64,000 nucleotides of DNA from Octopus vulgaris (Eukaryota). The stretch is taken from assembly GCA_951406725.2 (NCBI GenBank), contig OX597814.1, forward strand, positions 16,864,001 to 16,928,000, written 5' to 3'. Below the pieces are notes generated by a model that saw only the letters and a list, made by a program, of their open reading frames with translations, did no database searches and was not told where the DNA came from. The position numbers were made by a program, and so were the translations under genes. Positions 43,100-56,603 of the stretch are shown here, in pieces (the stretch's first letter is position 1; each line of letters begins with the position of its first letter).

Positions 43100-44470
43100 G
43101 GGCAAAGGATCAACTTCTCATAGAGAGAACGGTATTATACTGGCTCAGGCATGGAACGATTATCAGAAAGCTTATGACATAATGGTAACATTTTAAATTT
43201 TATCAGAAAATCAATGAAGAACTAGAATACACATTTTTGGTGAAGGTTAGCATCGGGGGAAGCATATTTCAGGGAGATAGCTTATCGCCATTGCTGCTTG
43301 TGATTTGCATGATATCCCTCATACAGATATTTCGGAAAATAACATCGTGTTACACTTCGAAAACTGAAGAAAATTTAAATATACGGATGGCTTAAAGATG
43401 GTGTGAAAGCGTGAACGTGAAATAAATTACCCGTTTTCAACAGTGCAGGTATTCAGTAAGGATATCGGGTGGAATTTAGGATTAAAACGTGTGGTATGCT
43501 TATCATAAAAAAAGGCAAAGTAGTGTCACCTGATAGCGTAGATTTGCCAAGAGGTGAGAGAATCAAGTATGTTGAGACTAATGGATATAAGTATCTGGGT
43601 ATTTTCGAATATGGTAAAATCAAGGAGAATGAGATGAAGGAAAGGTTTAGAAGAGAATAACTCAGTAGAACCAAGTTAATTATAGAGAGTAAACTCAGTG
43701 GGATGAACACGATCAGAGTAAGGAATACATGAGCTGTCTCCTTAATGCGTTGTTAGTTGGACAAAGAACGAGCTTGGGTAGAAAAACCAGGAAAGTGATG
43801 ACAATAAACAAGGAACTGCATCGATAAAGCGATGTCGATAGACTGTAAGCGCCTGGATGGAAGGGGGGGAGGATGCAAAATCAGTGTTTTTAATGAGGAA
43901 AACAGCCAGGGATGGTACGTCAAAGAGCAGATTGAATCTTTGTATGTCATTGTTAGAAACAGCAATACGATACCTACTAAGAATGTGATACACCCAAAAA
44001 CATTTAAGAAACAGAGTGGAGAAGAAAGGGGATTAGCAGATTAATTTCGAAAGGCATTTATTTTGAAAATAAATGTATTTTTTCAGACAAATTTTGTAAT
44101 TGTTTTAATTCAGACAGATTTTGGCGAGTCTATCTTTTGACGAGTTAACTCGCCAGAGATAGAAAAAAAACGATTTCGGTCAAAACGCATATATTCGTTT
44201 CTGCCGGGTAAGGGGTTAAACAGAGGAAAAATTAAAATGATGCATAAGCAATACCTCAAATAAATCAGAGTCGAAAGACAAGATCAATACCTGGAGGTGG
44301 CTAAAGTAAAGTGATCTGAAAGGATGCACTGAGGAAATGACATGCAGCGCCCTGAAACAAGCTTTGGAAGCTAATTAGGTTAGGTTCCAGAATAGATAAG
44401 AGCAGTAAATTGTCCGTTTGTAGGATGTGTGGCAGTAAAAAGGATACACTCTCGCATATCACTTGTTAAG
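43100..44470 (+). mobile_element. Decayed R4/Dong-like LINE RT fragment (second subfamily), interrupted at 44030-44215
   Basis: DYQKAYD, IFQGDSLSPLL, EFRIKTCGMLIIKKGK..YKYLGI and CRMCGSKKDTLSHI, with many stops and frameshifts. Confidence 0.8.
44030..44215 (+). mobile_element. piggyBac-like right-end fragment inserted in a LINE at TTAA
   Basis: Ends ...CTGCCGGGTAAGGGG|TTAA (44216-44219). 44024-44057 is an exact 34-bp inverted match to 46922-46955 in the piggyBac-like remnant. Confidence 0.6.
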
Positions 44471-44698
44471 TTTATATCCACAGATTTTCTATAACAATTA
44501 TATCTAGCACAGGTTTGTTACGACGTTTCGTATCCGAGTACGCTTAAGGTAAGCAACGATGGGATCGAAACTGAAAAAATGTGTAATGGCAGTATAAACC
44601 ATATTTCAGTTATTGCGCCTTAGTCGTAAAAATCACTAACGGAGTTAAGCATATATATTCAGTAAAAGGAGTAATCCGTACGTATGATGGCATACAGT

Positions 44699-45090
44699 GG
44701 ATGGATGGAAGCACTCCGTCGGTTACGACGATGAGGGTTCCGGTTGATCCGAATCAACGGAACAGCCTGCTCGTGAAATTAACGTGTAAGTGGCTGAGCA
44801 CTCCACAGACACGTGTACCCTTAACGTAGTTCTCGGGGATATTCACCGTGAGACAGAGAGTGACAAGGCCGGCCCTTTGAAATACAGGTACAACAGAAAC
44901 AGGAAGTAAGAGTGAGAGAAAGTTGTGGTGAAAGAGTACAGCAGGGGTCACCACCATCCCCTGCCGGAGCATCGTGGATTTTAGGTGTTTTCGCTCAATA
45001 AACACTCACAACGCCCGGTCTGGGAATCGAAACCGCGATCCTATGACCGCGAGTCCGCTGCCCTAACCACTGGGCCATTGCGCCTCCACA
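44699..45090 (-). mobile_element. tRNA-derived SINE, family C, full length with 12-bp TSD
   Basis: Highly similar inverted copy of 14792-15181. TSD ATGGCATACAGT at 44687-44698 and 45091-45102. Confidence 0.9.
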
Positions 45091-45204
45091 ATGGCATACA
45101 GTAACCGATTACTGTATAGGGGCTTTGCACTGTACCCAGTGAGGCTATTACCCAAATGATATTTTATATATATATGTGTATGTAAATATATATATGTACA
45201 CACG

Positions 45205-45259
<55 letters not shown>

Positions 45260-45554
45260 TATATATATATATATACTTATACCTATATATATATGCATCC
45301 TTTTACTTGTTTCAGTTATTTGACTACTGCCATGCTGGAGCACCGCCTTTAATCGAACACACACGCACACACATACACATATACATATACCATATACACA
45401 TATATACATACACATATATATACATATAGATATAGATACATACGTACACACATACATACATACACACACATACATAAATACATACATACATACATACATA
45501 CATACATACATACATACATACATACATACATACATACATACATACATACATACA

Positions 45555-45585
<31 letters not shown>

Positions 45586-45932
45586 GTATATGTATAATAA
45601 TAAAAATAATAATTCCAATTTCGGTCTACTCAAAAGCGGTTCCCTTTTATTAGTTCCAATGCCATTGCGACACTTTCCTATCATAGCTAAATTCACTCCA
45701 TACTACAAGGACATTTACTGGCATAAAAGAAAAACAACAACAGCTTCAATAAAATGAGCAGAATCAGATGAGTGATAATAATGAATAATCAACACAAACA
45801 CATAGTAAAATGTAAAATAACACTGAAGGACAGATGGCGTGGGAAATCTCCACATCTGCCAAAATTCTGTGTTCCAAGATTGAAGTGTATAAAGCATAGC
45901 ACCGAGTAGAACTTTTGATTCAGTAGCGGGTG

Positions 45933-45988
<56 letters not shown>

Positions 45989-46016
45989 CCTACCTATCTA
46001 TCTATCTATCTATCTA

Positions 46017-46075
<59 letters not shown>

Positions 46076-46183
46076 AATATTAGGGAATAAATCCAAACTT
46101 ACAGGGAAAAATCAGATTTAGGATTGAATCCAATTTTATAGTAAAATATTATATTATATTTAATATAATATAATATATATATA

Positions 46184-46217
<34 letters not shown>

Positions 46218-46263
46218 CCCTCTCATTCTCCTCCTCTCCTTCCTCTTCTTTTCTCTCTCTTCC

Positions 46264-46303
<40 letters not shown>

Positions 46304-46659
46304 GCTGTCATGCCCTTGGTATTCCACTTTAGGCGAGTACTATATGTGTACATGCAGTTATATGAGCACCTAACACAATTAGCGAAAACATAATAAATAC
46401 TACCAGGCCATACACACATATGACTGTAAATCTACATCCACACACTCACACTTGCCCACACACACATACAGGCACAGACTTATATATACATATAAATATA
46501 TATTCACATATACATATACAAGCATGTATTCTTGTATGAGGAGTGTATTTATACATGTTTATGTATATACATGTATCCCTATATCTTGTGCTATAGAGTA
46601 CTCTACTGCGAAGTTAACTTGGGTATCCTGCTGTGATTTGTCCTAGTTCACATATTAAA

Positions 46660-47950
46660 TAACGAAATCTTATTTGAAACTTTGCAGGCAGGTCAGTGCA
46701 CTATGCCATCCTATATACCATTTATACATATTCCAGTACCTTGTATTTAAGACAGCATTACATTCTCTCCGTAGGTTTATAATCAACGTTGTTTCCATAT
46801 CATATATCTTAATTTATCTATTTGGCTTCTGTAAACCTAGGCGCTTCGGCTTCGGATGCTATTGAAATCTTGTATATCAAACCTGCTGTTCTGTCTACAG
46901 AGACCATTAGAATTTCAAGACATGCCTTTCGAAATTAATCTGCTAATCCCCTTTCATAATTAGCAACGGTGCCACATCTGGTTTTGGGTACTTAAAAATG
47001 AAGGAAGACATGAGAATTAGCGAATCACAAAATTTCGAGCTATCCCACATGGACAAATTTCTAAGAAATCCTGAAGAGACGGTTCTTCCCACTACATCAC
47101 TTTCATCGAGTTCATTTCCTTTTTCTGAGATTTTCACTAATCTCTTAATACTAGTGTACATCCTCTCTTGCAATTCATTTCATGCATTGTGAAATACTTA
47201 CAAAGAAAAATGATGGGTAATTCATTTGACGAGGAAAATTTCTGGCCTTAATTTTCTCATTATTTGCACCATATTACGTATGTCATTATACCCAACCGCC
47301 AAAGAAATATTTTTTCCTTACTCATTAAAAGATCGAGAAGTGATGCAATCCATGTAATACCTTCCACATTTTGTCCTTCATGAGGATCCAGTACAGCAAC
47401 ACACGAGTTTTATATAAATGTATCGACAAAATGTTTTCATATTTTCACCGCCACTTATCGGACGAATAATTTAACCGTTATGATGTTGGCAGTAGGCGGA
47501 TTATATAATCACCTTGTAAATTTGACTTGGAGCATTTTTGATATGTACTTCGATACAACTTGTTACAAAAAAGACTTTATTTTACTGTGAGTGCAAAACT
47601 GCATTGGAAAAATGCAAATATGCATCATAAAATTTCTTCTTTGAATTTATCATGTTATTTGTTTCCCCAATAGGATATGACACGGATTTTTCGCAAGCAG
47701 GCAAATTGCAGGTATCAGAATGATACACTATATCATCTGCTGAACTTGTTGCTGTATGGGTCACATGTTTTACTATCTGATTCTTATAATACCACATGGT
47801 AATATCCTATGGCGTACACGGTGGTAGTTGAAAAATGTTGAAATACATATATTGTACGACCATCGCATTAACAAATCGCTGAAAATTGTCATGTAACAGA
47901 GACAATCGTTGCTCTATAGTTAGTGACTTATAAACTATCTCACCTCATGA
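46660..47950 (-). pseudogene. Highly decayed piggyBac-like transposase
   Basis: Frameshifted fragments in piggyBac order: ILMKDKM (WKDKR-like), LPIIFLCKYFTMHEM (KP..YN..MGGVD-like), NLSMW/LEI..ANSHV, FRKACLEIL and a C-terminal Cys-rich RRECNAV..LTCLQSF. Matched by eye only. Confidence 0.55.
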
Positions 47951-48073
47951 CTACTTTGCAGCAAGATCTTACTTGAAGTCTGATACCTCGATGTCCTCCT
48001 ATATTTATGTAAGGCCTTCGCAGTTCATATTTCGTTTAATTTTTACTGAAATAAGTGGGCTAAGTATAACTAG

Positions 48074-48127
48074 CTTCATCATCATAATCTTCATCATCAT
48101 CATCATCATCATCAACATCATCACCAT

Positions 48128-48164
<37 letters not shown>

Positions 48165-48295
48165 GTCATCATCATCATCATCACCATCACCATCACCGTC
48201 ACCGTCACCGTCACCATCATCATCATCATCATCACCATCACCATCTCCATCATCATCATCATCATCATCATCACCATCACCATCACCGTCACCAT

Positions 48296-48333
<38 letters not shown>

Positions 48334-48536
48334 CCACCACCATCATCATCACCATCATCGTCATCATCATCATCGTCATCATCATCATCATCATCATCAC
48401 CATCACCATCACCGTCACCGTCACCATCATCATCATCATCATCACCATCACCATCTCCATCATCATCATCATCATCATCATCACCATCACCATCACCATC
48501 ACCGTCACCATCACCATCATCATCATCATCATAATC

Positions 48537-48567
<31 letters not shown>

Positions 48568-48658
48568 CCACCATCACCATCACCATCACCATCACCGTCA
48601 CCATCATCATCATCATCATCATCATCACCATCACCATCACCATCACCATCACCGTCAC

Positions 48659-48693
<35 letters not shown>

Positions 48694-48700
48694 CGATGAT
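48074..48700. repeat. Compound (CAT)n/(CATCAC)n microsatellite with higher-order blocks
   Basis: About 630 bp of CAT/CAC/CGT/CTC triplets; source of the poly-Met and poly-Ile ORFs in the track. Confidence 0.95.
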
Positions 48701-49177
48701 CATTGGCGTCTTCTGTACAGCCGTCATCATTATGATAGGTATGATTATCATCACATCGCCGCCATCGTAATTATTGTCCACGTGTTCATTCATCATCGCC
48801 ATGACCAACTTAATCGACTGTACCATCATCACCCTTATCACATTGTCGTGAACATTGTTAACGTTAATCTTGTTAATCGTTACACCTCCGCCTCCTCTTT
48901 TATCATCTCCTCTTCCTTGTTCTCTCTTCCTTTCCCTCCCTCCTTCTCCTCTTCCTCCCCCCTCTTCTACTCCTCTTACTCTCCATGTTTTTTCTCTACC
49001 ATTCCGCTACTTATTAACATTCCATCCTTACAGTGATTGCTAACAATCACGATTACTATCAAGATCGAGATTATTATCAACGTTGTTTGTTATCAAGGTC
49101 ATCAGGTTTGTCATCACCATAATCATCATGGTCCTTATAATTTCTGTAGTAAAAGATGATGATGATGATAATAATGT

Positions 49178-49230
<53 letters not shown>

Positions 49231-49580
49231 TGAATGGTGATGACACTGAATATGACGGAATCAGAATTGCATTCATTCATGACAATAACAATCGTAATGA
49301 CATTTTAGCACTGTCCTTCCTTCTCGTTGCCAGCTTCCCCATCCCCAGTCGTCATCACGATCATTGTAATGATTTGTGTGAATAAGGTTATTCTGCAGGT
49401 AATGACATGTGTTCGGCCGTTACGTTTAACTATGCATTGCAATCGAAAACATAACCGTAATCTTTTAAAAGAGTTTAAAAAAAAATATTATGAATATCTA
49501 AAAATGTATGCAGCAAATTTAGAAATATGTAAGTTTTAGCACACATGGAATGGCCTCGGGTCTCGTTAGTAATTTTAATA

Positions 49581-49648
<68 letters not shown>

Positions 49649-49679
49649 TGATGATGATGATGATAATAATAATTATAAC

Positions 49680-49752
<73 letters not shown>

Positions 49753-49884
49753 ATAATAATAATAATAATAATACTAACAGCGACAACGATGATGATGATG
49801 GTGGTGGTGGTGGTGGTGGTGATTTTGGTCGTCGTCGTGGGCGTGGTGGTCGTGGTCGTCGTCGTGGTGAGGAAGAGCGCTTCG

Positions 49885-50106
49885 TTCATCAAACCTTATT
49901 AAGGGGGACTTGTAAGCAAGATGGGCTACTAGGCTCCCACCTGCAAGTTTACGCGCTGCTTATATTGATATGAAATCACCATGTCGCGCACATACTGTTG
50001 CCATGCAAGTACCGGGCGTACCACTATCTGGTAAGGTAGTCATGATGGGGTATATTGGGCTTCTTATATTGATGCCGCAATATCGCTGGCATGCGCTGCT
50101 CTCTCA
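49885..50106 (+). mobile_element. Family D 3' fragment
   Basis: Homologous to 30120-30275 and 36175-36335. Confidence 0.6.
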
Positions 50107-50578
50107 GTGATGACGATAATGAGGAGGAGGATAACGATGATGATGATGATACTACTACTACTACAACGACTACTACTACTACTACTACTACTACTAATAA
50201 TAATAATAATAATAATAATAATTCATTAGTCACAGGGGCCCACAGTATGGAGGACAATATCAAGGGACGAGATTCAACACAGAAACAAGTGGGGGTTGCA
50301 TCAGTTAAGGGGTAACACAAAAATAAAGATATAGCAAAAAATATAAAAATCGAAATTTAATGAATAGTAAATAGTATCCAGAAAAGTGGGGCAATCCGCT
50401 TAGAGTAACAAGGGATACCCGCTCCCTACCAAAAATGTCCCGCATGCTCTGCCATCACCAAGGCATTGGAAGTAGCATCACCCAGTTTCTTTCCTTCCAC
50501 TTTGAAACGCTTACTTGAAAGTTTACGTAAGATCATAATACTACATGTAAAGTAAAATAAATAAAACAAAAAATAAAT

Positions 50579-50975
50579 AAGTGGCTGTGTGGTAAGTAGC
50601 TTGCTAACCAACCACATGGTTCCGGGTTCAGTCCCACTGCGTGGCATCTTGGGCAAGTGATTTCTGCTATAGTCCCGGGCCGATTAATGCATTGTGAGTG
50701 GATTTGGTAGATGGAAACTGAAAGAAGCCTGTCGTATATATGTATATATATATATGTATGTGTTTGTGTGTCTGTTTGTCCCCACTAGCAATGCTTGACA
50801 ACCGATGCTGGTGTGTTTACGTCCCCGTCACTTAGCTGTTCGGCAAAAGAGACCGATAGAATAAGTACTGGGCTTACAAAGAATAAGTCCCGGGGTCGAT
50901 TTGCTCGACTAAAGGCGGTGCTCCAGCATGACCGCAGTCAAATGACTGAAACAAGTAAAAGAGAGAAAGAGAAAT
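50579..50975 (+). mobile_element. SINE family B, near full length
   Basis: Homologous to 22164-22588. Confidence 0.88.
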
Positions 50976-51160
50976 AAACAGATTCCTTCTCCGGTGCCGG
51001 ATAGATCCCAAAATCTAATCAGTTCGTGCCAGTCACGAGGCCAAACATCCCTGAATGTTTCATCTGAGTTCATTCTGTGGTTTTTGAGATATCGTGTCGA
51101 CGGACAAAGAAACAAACTCGACTGAAAGAATACCTCCGCCTTCGCTAAGGCAGAGGTAAT
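50976..51160 (+). mobile_element. Helentron/DINE-like non-autonomous element end
   Basis: Terminal hairpin TACCTCCGCCTT-cgct-AAGGCAGAGGTA preceded by a GACGGACAAA-like tract. Class is inferred from structure. Confidence 0.45.
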
Positions 51161-51289
51161 AGTAATAGAAATAATGATGATGATGAGGAGAAGGACGAGG
51201 ATTTTTTTTATTTGCCACCAGCGCGAAGCATTGGGTGGCGGGGACAACAGAAAAGCAGACATAAAGTGTGCAGGATTATATATAACGAA

Positions 51290-51517
51290 ATGGCGAGCTG
51301 GCAGAAACGTTAGCACGCCGGGCAAAATGCGTAGCCGTATTTTGTCTGTCGTTACGTTCTGAGTTCAAATTCCGCCGAGGCCGACTTTGCCTTTCATCCT
51401 TTCGGGGTCGATAAATAAAGTATCAGTTTCGCACTGGGATCGATGTAATCGACTTAATCCGTTTGTCTGTCCTTGTTTGTCCCGTCTATGTTTAGCCCCT
51501 TGTGGTTAGTAAAGAAA
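51290..51517 (+). mobile_element. SINE family A
   Basis: Homologous to 24435-24667. Confidence 0.85.
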
Positions 51518-51887
51518 TATATATATAACGAAATGATATAGAAAAGAATGTATACGCGTTAGGCAATAAGACAAAGAAGGGAGGTATGCACAGTGTAGAA
51601 CGGTAAAGGAAAGAAAGAAGGGAAAAAAGGGACTCTAGTGATGTCGTCCTCCTGATGCAGGAGAACTGGGGATAATCGAGAAACTCCACCGTCCAGGATC
51701 TCCCTGAACAACAAGAGCAAATTCTCTTTCAAACAAATTTTCTCTAGCAGGGAGACAGCTATATGCGTGTGTGTGTGTGAGTGCGTGTATACATACACAC
51801 ATACATATATACGTATATATACATATATTTAAGCATATATATCTATATATACATATATACACATATATGTGTATATTTATATATATG

Positions 51888-51959
<72 letters not shown>

Positions 51960-52018
51960 TGTGTATATATACGTATGTATATATATATTTATTTATTTAT
52001 TTCTCTTTCTCTCTCTCT

Positions 52019-52071
<53 letters not shown>

Positions 52072-52124
52072 TGTGTATATAAATGTATGTATATATATAT
52101 ATTTATCTCTCTCTTTCTCTTTAC

Positions 52125-52176
<52 letters not shown>

Positions 52177-52870
52177 GTGTGTATGTGTGTGTGTGTGTGT
52201 GCACATGTGTATTTCTGTATGTGATACGTCTATGTGCTGAGCATCTCATCTTTAAATCATTTATTAATGTAGACATCATTCTCCTACGGATTATTTATCT
52301 ATTTTACTGTGGATTTGTCATATTACCTCATTACTCCTATATACTGTTGCGGAAAAATTAACGTTCTTAATTCCTTCTAGTCTTTTAAACATTACTGGTT
52401 TTATCTTCGGAATGAAGTGGTATTAATGGTGTTTACTATTGCCATTTCATTGTACGAAAGATTCTTTTGAATGATGAGTTCATGACAATATCATTATCAA
52501 AGGATTTAAAATGTTTGACCTGCAAAGTCACGTTACTTTCAACAATCAAGAAATATTTTGGCTGCACTGACTGCTTCAGTATGTTGCTAGGCTGCACATT
52601 CAGTGTGTTATATTATGCGTAAATTATCTTCTATGTTCGAATTAAATGTTATTTTTTTCTTTTTATGGGATGGTTAACAAAAATATAATACTTAACTTCA
52701 TACGTTGCTATATTGTAGTCCCAGGTCGTTTGGAGTTTGACCAGTCCTCGGCCTAAACATTTTCCATCCTTAGCGATTAAGTCTTCAGTATATCTTGAAC
52801 TAAGTTATCATATATATTCATACATACACACATGTATGTATACTTGTATGTATGTATGTATACGTGTATG

Positions 52871-52925
<55 letters not shown>

Positions 52926-53154
52926 ACCGACCTCGAACAAGTAAACAAGAGAGACTGAGACAGGCAGAAACAGGGAAAATGCCACTTGTATTTGAACACT
53001 ATACAAATATTCTTTTAAAAAAAAAACTTTTCTTTTAATTTTTTCTAAATTTGATTGTTTAATTGTTACAGTTGAAAAGTGCTCAATGACTGAAACCGGT
53101 ACTGAAATGTTTTTTATAAAATTATTTTATCATTTTCTATCTTGACTTTTTTCC

Positions 53155-53207
<53 letters not shown>

Positions 53208-53218
53208 TGTGTGCGCGC

Positions 53219-53252
<34 letters not shown>

Positions 53253-53656
53253 ATGTGTGTATCTGTGTTTGTGAGTGAGTCTGTTGTGTGCGAGTGAACA
53301 AGGAAGACGTGTTCATTTTTGTCTCCTGCCCCAAGCTTGATTTACGCGTTCGCCACCATAACCTCCTCTAGCCTTAGCAGCCATTCCTGTTTTTCACTGT
53401 CCTGTTAGTGTTACCTATTTTGACCCTTTGCAAAATCCCAAAGTTTATTTAATTTGCTTTGCGGGAGTAGCTGTTTTATCGAAAGAGTATATTGTAGTTA
53501 AATGCTCGAAATATGAGACTAGAAAAACAGCCAACAACTGATGAAGGGTTGTTCTTTTTTTTTCAATATTTTCGAAAGAATATTTTATGTTCCATGTACT
53601 CGTACTTCGTATTTTTTTGTTATTGTACACGTTCCATGATGTCCTGTACCCACATA

Positions 53657-53718
<62 letters not shown>

Positions 53719-53999
53719 TATAGATGTAAGTATGTACATATACGTATGTATATATGCATATGTATGTATATACACACACATACATATATATATATATACA
53801 TATATGTATACGTGTATATATATATATATATACATATTTATATGCATATATATGTATATATACATATATACATGCATACATATATACATATATACATACA
53901 TATTTACATATATATATACATGTATACAAATATATATGCATACATAAATATATATGTGTGTGTATGTGTGTGTTTATGTCCACTCTGAAGCAATTCATG

Positions 54000-54830
54000 T
54001 GTAGAATGTAGTATCTACTTTCTCATTGTCACTTTTGTCTGGTCAGTATCATCAAATCATTGTTTCCGAAGATTGTCCGTCATTAGACGGAACAGATTGA
54101 AGACAGAGGGCATCAGATCCGTCTGTACGGTAAATGAGAGAGGATTTTGAACAACCCAAATCTTTGGCTGACTGCCTAATTTATTGCCAAAATGTTTTTC
54201 TGTTGGCGTATTATCCTTCTATCTGGAAATATCTTCAGGTTCTCGATTGGTTTCTTCCTCCAAATGACGTTTCTAAGCTTTTGGAGTGTCTCAATATACA
54301 TCTCACAGTTCGCAGTAACGACACGTTCCAGAATTTCAAAGAGAACAGTGTTCTTGATCTTACCTCAAAAAAATAAAGGTTTTATATTGTTCGTTGGCTC
54401 TTAAACTTCTTAGGATTTCGAAAATGGTGTGATGTCATGCAGGGACTGAGCTTTCGATTATGGGTCGTAAAAATACAACTGCATTCAATCCCCTGTAATT
54501 TAATTGGTAAAATGGGTTTCCTCATTGGCTTCAGTCACTTTTGGCAGCTAAGACTAGACTTCCAACATTCTTTCCCTCAGACAGGTTATCCACTTTGCTC
54601 ATATTTTCGATACCCAACGTAATCTATTGTAACTACAGTCCAATTGTGTAGCAAGCTTAAAGGCCTTGATTCGTCTATTCATTCGATCAAAAATTCCACT
54701 AGCCGGTAATTTATTCATGTTTCTGGTCACATTTGCAAGTCTCCTACAGCGTCTTCAATGTAGATTTACGTTGTTTTGAAATTTATCCGTCTGAATACAT
54801 TACTCTACAACTGAAGTCTTGTCTCTAGAC
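54000..54830 (-). mobile_element. Highly decayed Tc1/mariner transposase remnants (possibly two elements)
   Basis: DLMPSVFNLFRLM (like SPDLAPSDFHLF) near 54080-54125, and IKPLFF..VTANCEMYIETLQKL (like IGPYFF..TVNSERY) near 54280-54390. Confidence 0.5.
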
Positions 54831-54878
54831 ACCCAGACTGTCTTTTCCTTAATGTCGCGTCATCTTCGAAGGATTTTA

Positions 54879-55104
54879 TTGGGTTGTCCGGAAAGTTCGT
54901 GCCGATTTTTAAAGGAAAGAAAAAGGTCGATAAATACTTGCCACTACATTTTTAATAAACCAAATATGAACTATTTTGTTGCACAATACATCTCCATCTT
55001 TCCTTTAACTTGAAAATACCCTCTTCCCAGAATTGAGGTGCCTGGGAGAGTAAGTCAAAAGGTAAGCTATTATAAAAACGGTACGAACTTTCCGGACAAC
55101 CCAA
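54879..55104 (-). mobile_element. Mariner-derived MITE (226 bp)
   Basis: ~30-bp TIRs TTGGGTTGTCCGGAAAGTTCGT(G/A)CCG with TA target duplication. Internal transposase C-terminus FWEEGIFKLKERWRCIVQQNSSY. Confidence 0.88.
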
Positions 55105-56062
55105 TATATTCTTGAAAGCATCTACTCTCCCAATTAAATTTGTCCAATCCAAATAAAAAAATAGTACCCAATGTACCATCATGTGAAATCGAAAACAAAA
55201 TATAATGGAAGCGATACGAACGTCTTAACCACGCAATCATGTATGTGTCTATTAATTTCAATTGTTAAGTTAGCGTTACCATTATTCTATTCAGGGAACT
55301 TCATAAAGTAAGAATTAAGATTCCTGAGCTTCTACGAAAGTTATAATATTCTGTTCTCTCTTTCATAATTACTAATTTCCTAAAATAAATCCCACTATTT
55401 ACTTTACGTTTTAAATGTTTTCATTTGGCATACAAGTTTAATTAATTATAGTTTTGTTTTGTTTGTTAATATTTTGCTACTTTATTTTAAACTATTTATC
55501 ATGTATTCACGACATCTTGCTTATTTTTTTCACTTCTTTTCGTGGTTGACAATATTTCTTATATCTTATTCATAATAAGTACATTTTTGATAATATCTTC
55601 CTAAATAACATTGTTCTGAAATATTTCATATTTTATACCTAGATGTTCTACTGTATATCTGTGCGTGCATGTGAGTATGCATATATGTGAGGGTATGTAA
55701 GTATGTGTGATTACGAATATTTCATCATGGAACTCTAAGGATTTGTCAAAATAATTACTATTTAAATAAACCAAGAAATAAATGAGACTGAAACTTTTTT
55801 TCTTGGAGTCTTCGTGCATAATTCTATTTCCCTTTTATATTATAACCATCCATTTTCTTTTCTCCCACTTGAGTTACGTAAGAATTCAAAATGGTTACAT
55901 ATATATAGGGGCGTATTTCAGTAATTACGTATAGGAAATTAAAGAGCATTGGCGATTTTTGCAGCTGTCTTCTTTTAAGTGATACGTGTGCGTTTGCGTG
56001 TGGAAGAGAGGGAAAGGAGAGAGAGAGAGAGATGGAGAGAGAAGTGGGTGTATGTGTGTGTG

Positions 56063-56136
<74 letters not shown>

Positions 56137-56546
56137 GCGCTCGCGAGTTAAACCTACATACAAAGACGTGTACAAAACATTGATTGATAAATTTCACTTG
56201 CAAACCATGAGGATCTTGTTTCGATGCAACAAAACCAAACATTAGTAAATTATCGTATACAGTATGCTACGATTGATCTCGAAGTGATGAAGGCAGATAG
56301 CAAGACATTTCTAATTTCGCACAAAAAAAAAGGAACAGAAAAAAGCATATTTACAAGTTTGATATGACTATAGGTGTGGCTGTATGCTTAGAAGATAGCT
56401 TCCCAACCACATCGTTCTGGGTTCAGCCCCACTGCATGACACCTTGGGCAACTGTCTTCTACTATAGCCTCGGGCCGACCAAAGCCTTGTGAGTGGATTT
56501 GGTTGAGTGAAACGGAAAGAAGCCCGTCCTATATATGTGTGTGTGT

Positions 56547-56596
<50 letters not shown>

Positions 56597-56603
56597 GTAT
56601 GTA

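Noticed and set aside
46660-47950. Possible endogenous viral or host gene remnant
   Set aside because: Fragments fit piggyBac transposase motif order better, and the region shares sequence with a TTAA-terminated fragment.
48074-49036. Stop-free poly-His frame (+) and poly-Met frame (-) suggesting a His-rich structural or metal-binding protein
   Set aside because: Explained by a (CAT)n compound microsatellite. The His frame has no ATG start or good splice context, and it lacks the Gly/His repeats of known cephalopod beak proteins.
50222-50560. Possible L1/Tx1-like LINE 3' end on the minus strand
   Set aside because: Only a vague peptide resemblance; not enough to annotate without a search.
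51630-51760. GC-richer unique stretch as a coding exon
   Set aside because: The plus-strand frames stop early, and the minus-strand peptide has no recognisable motif or clear splice sites.
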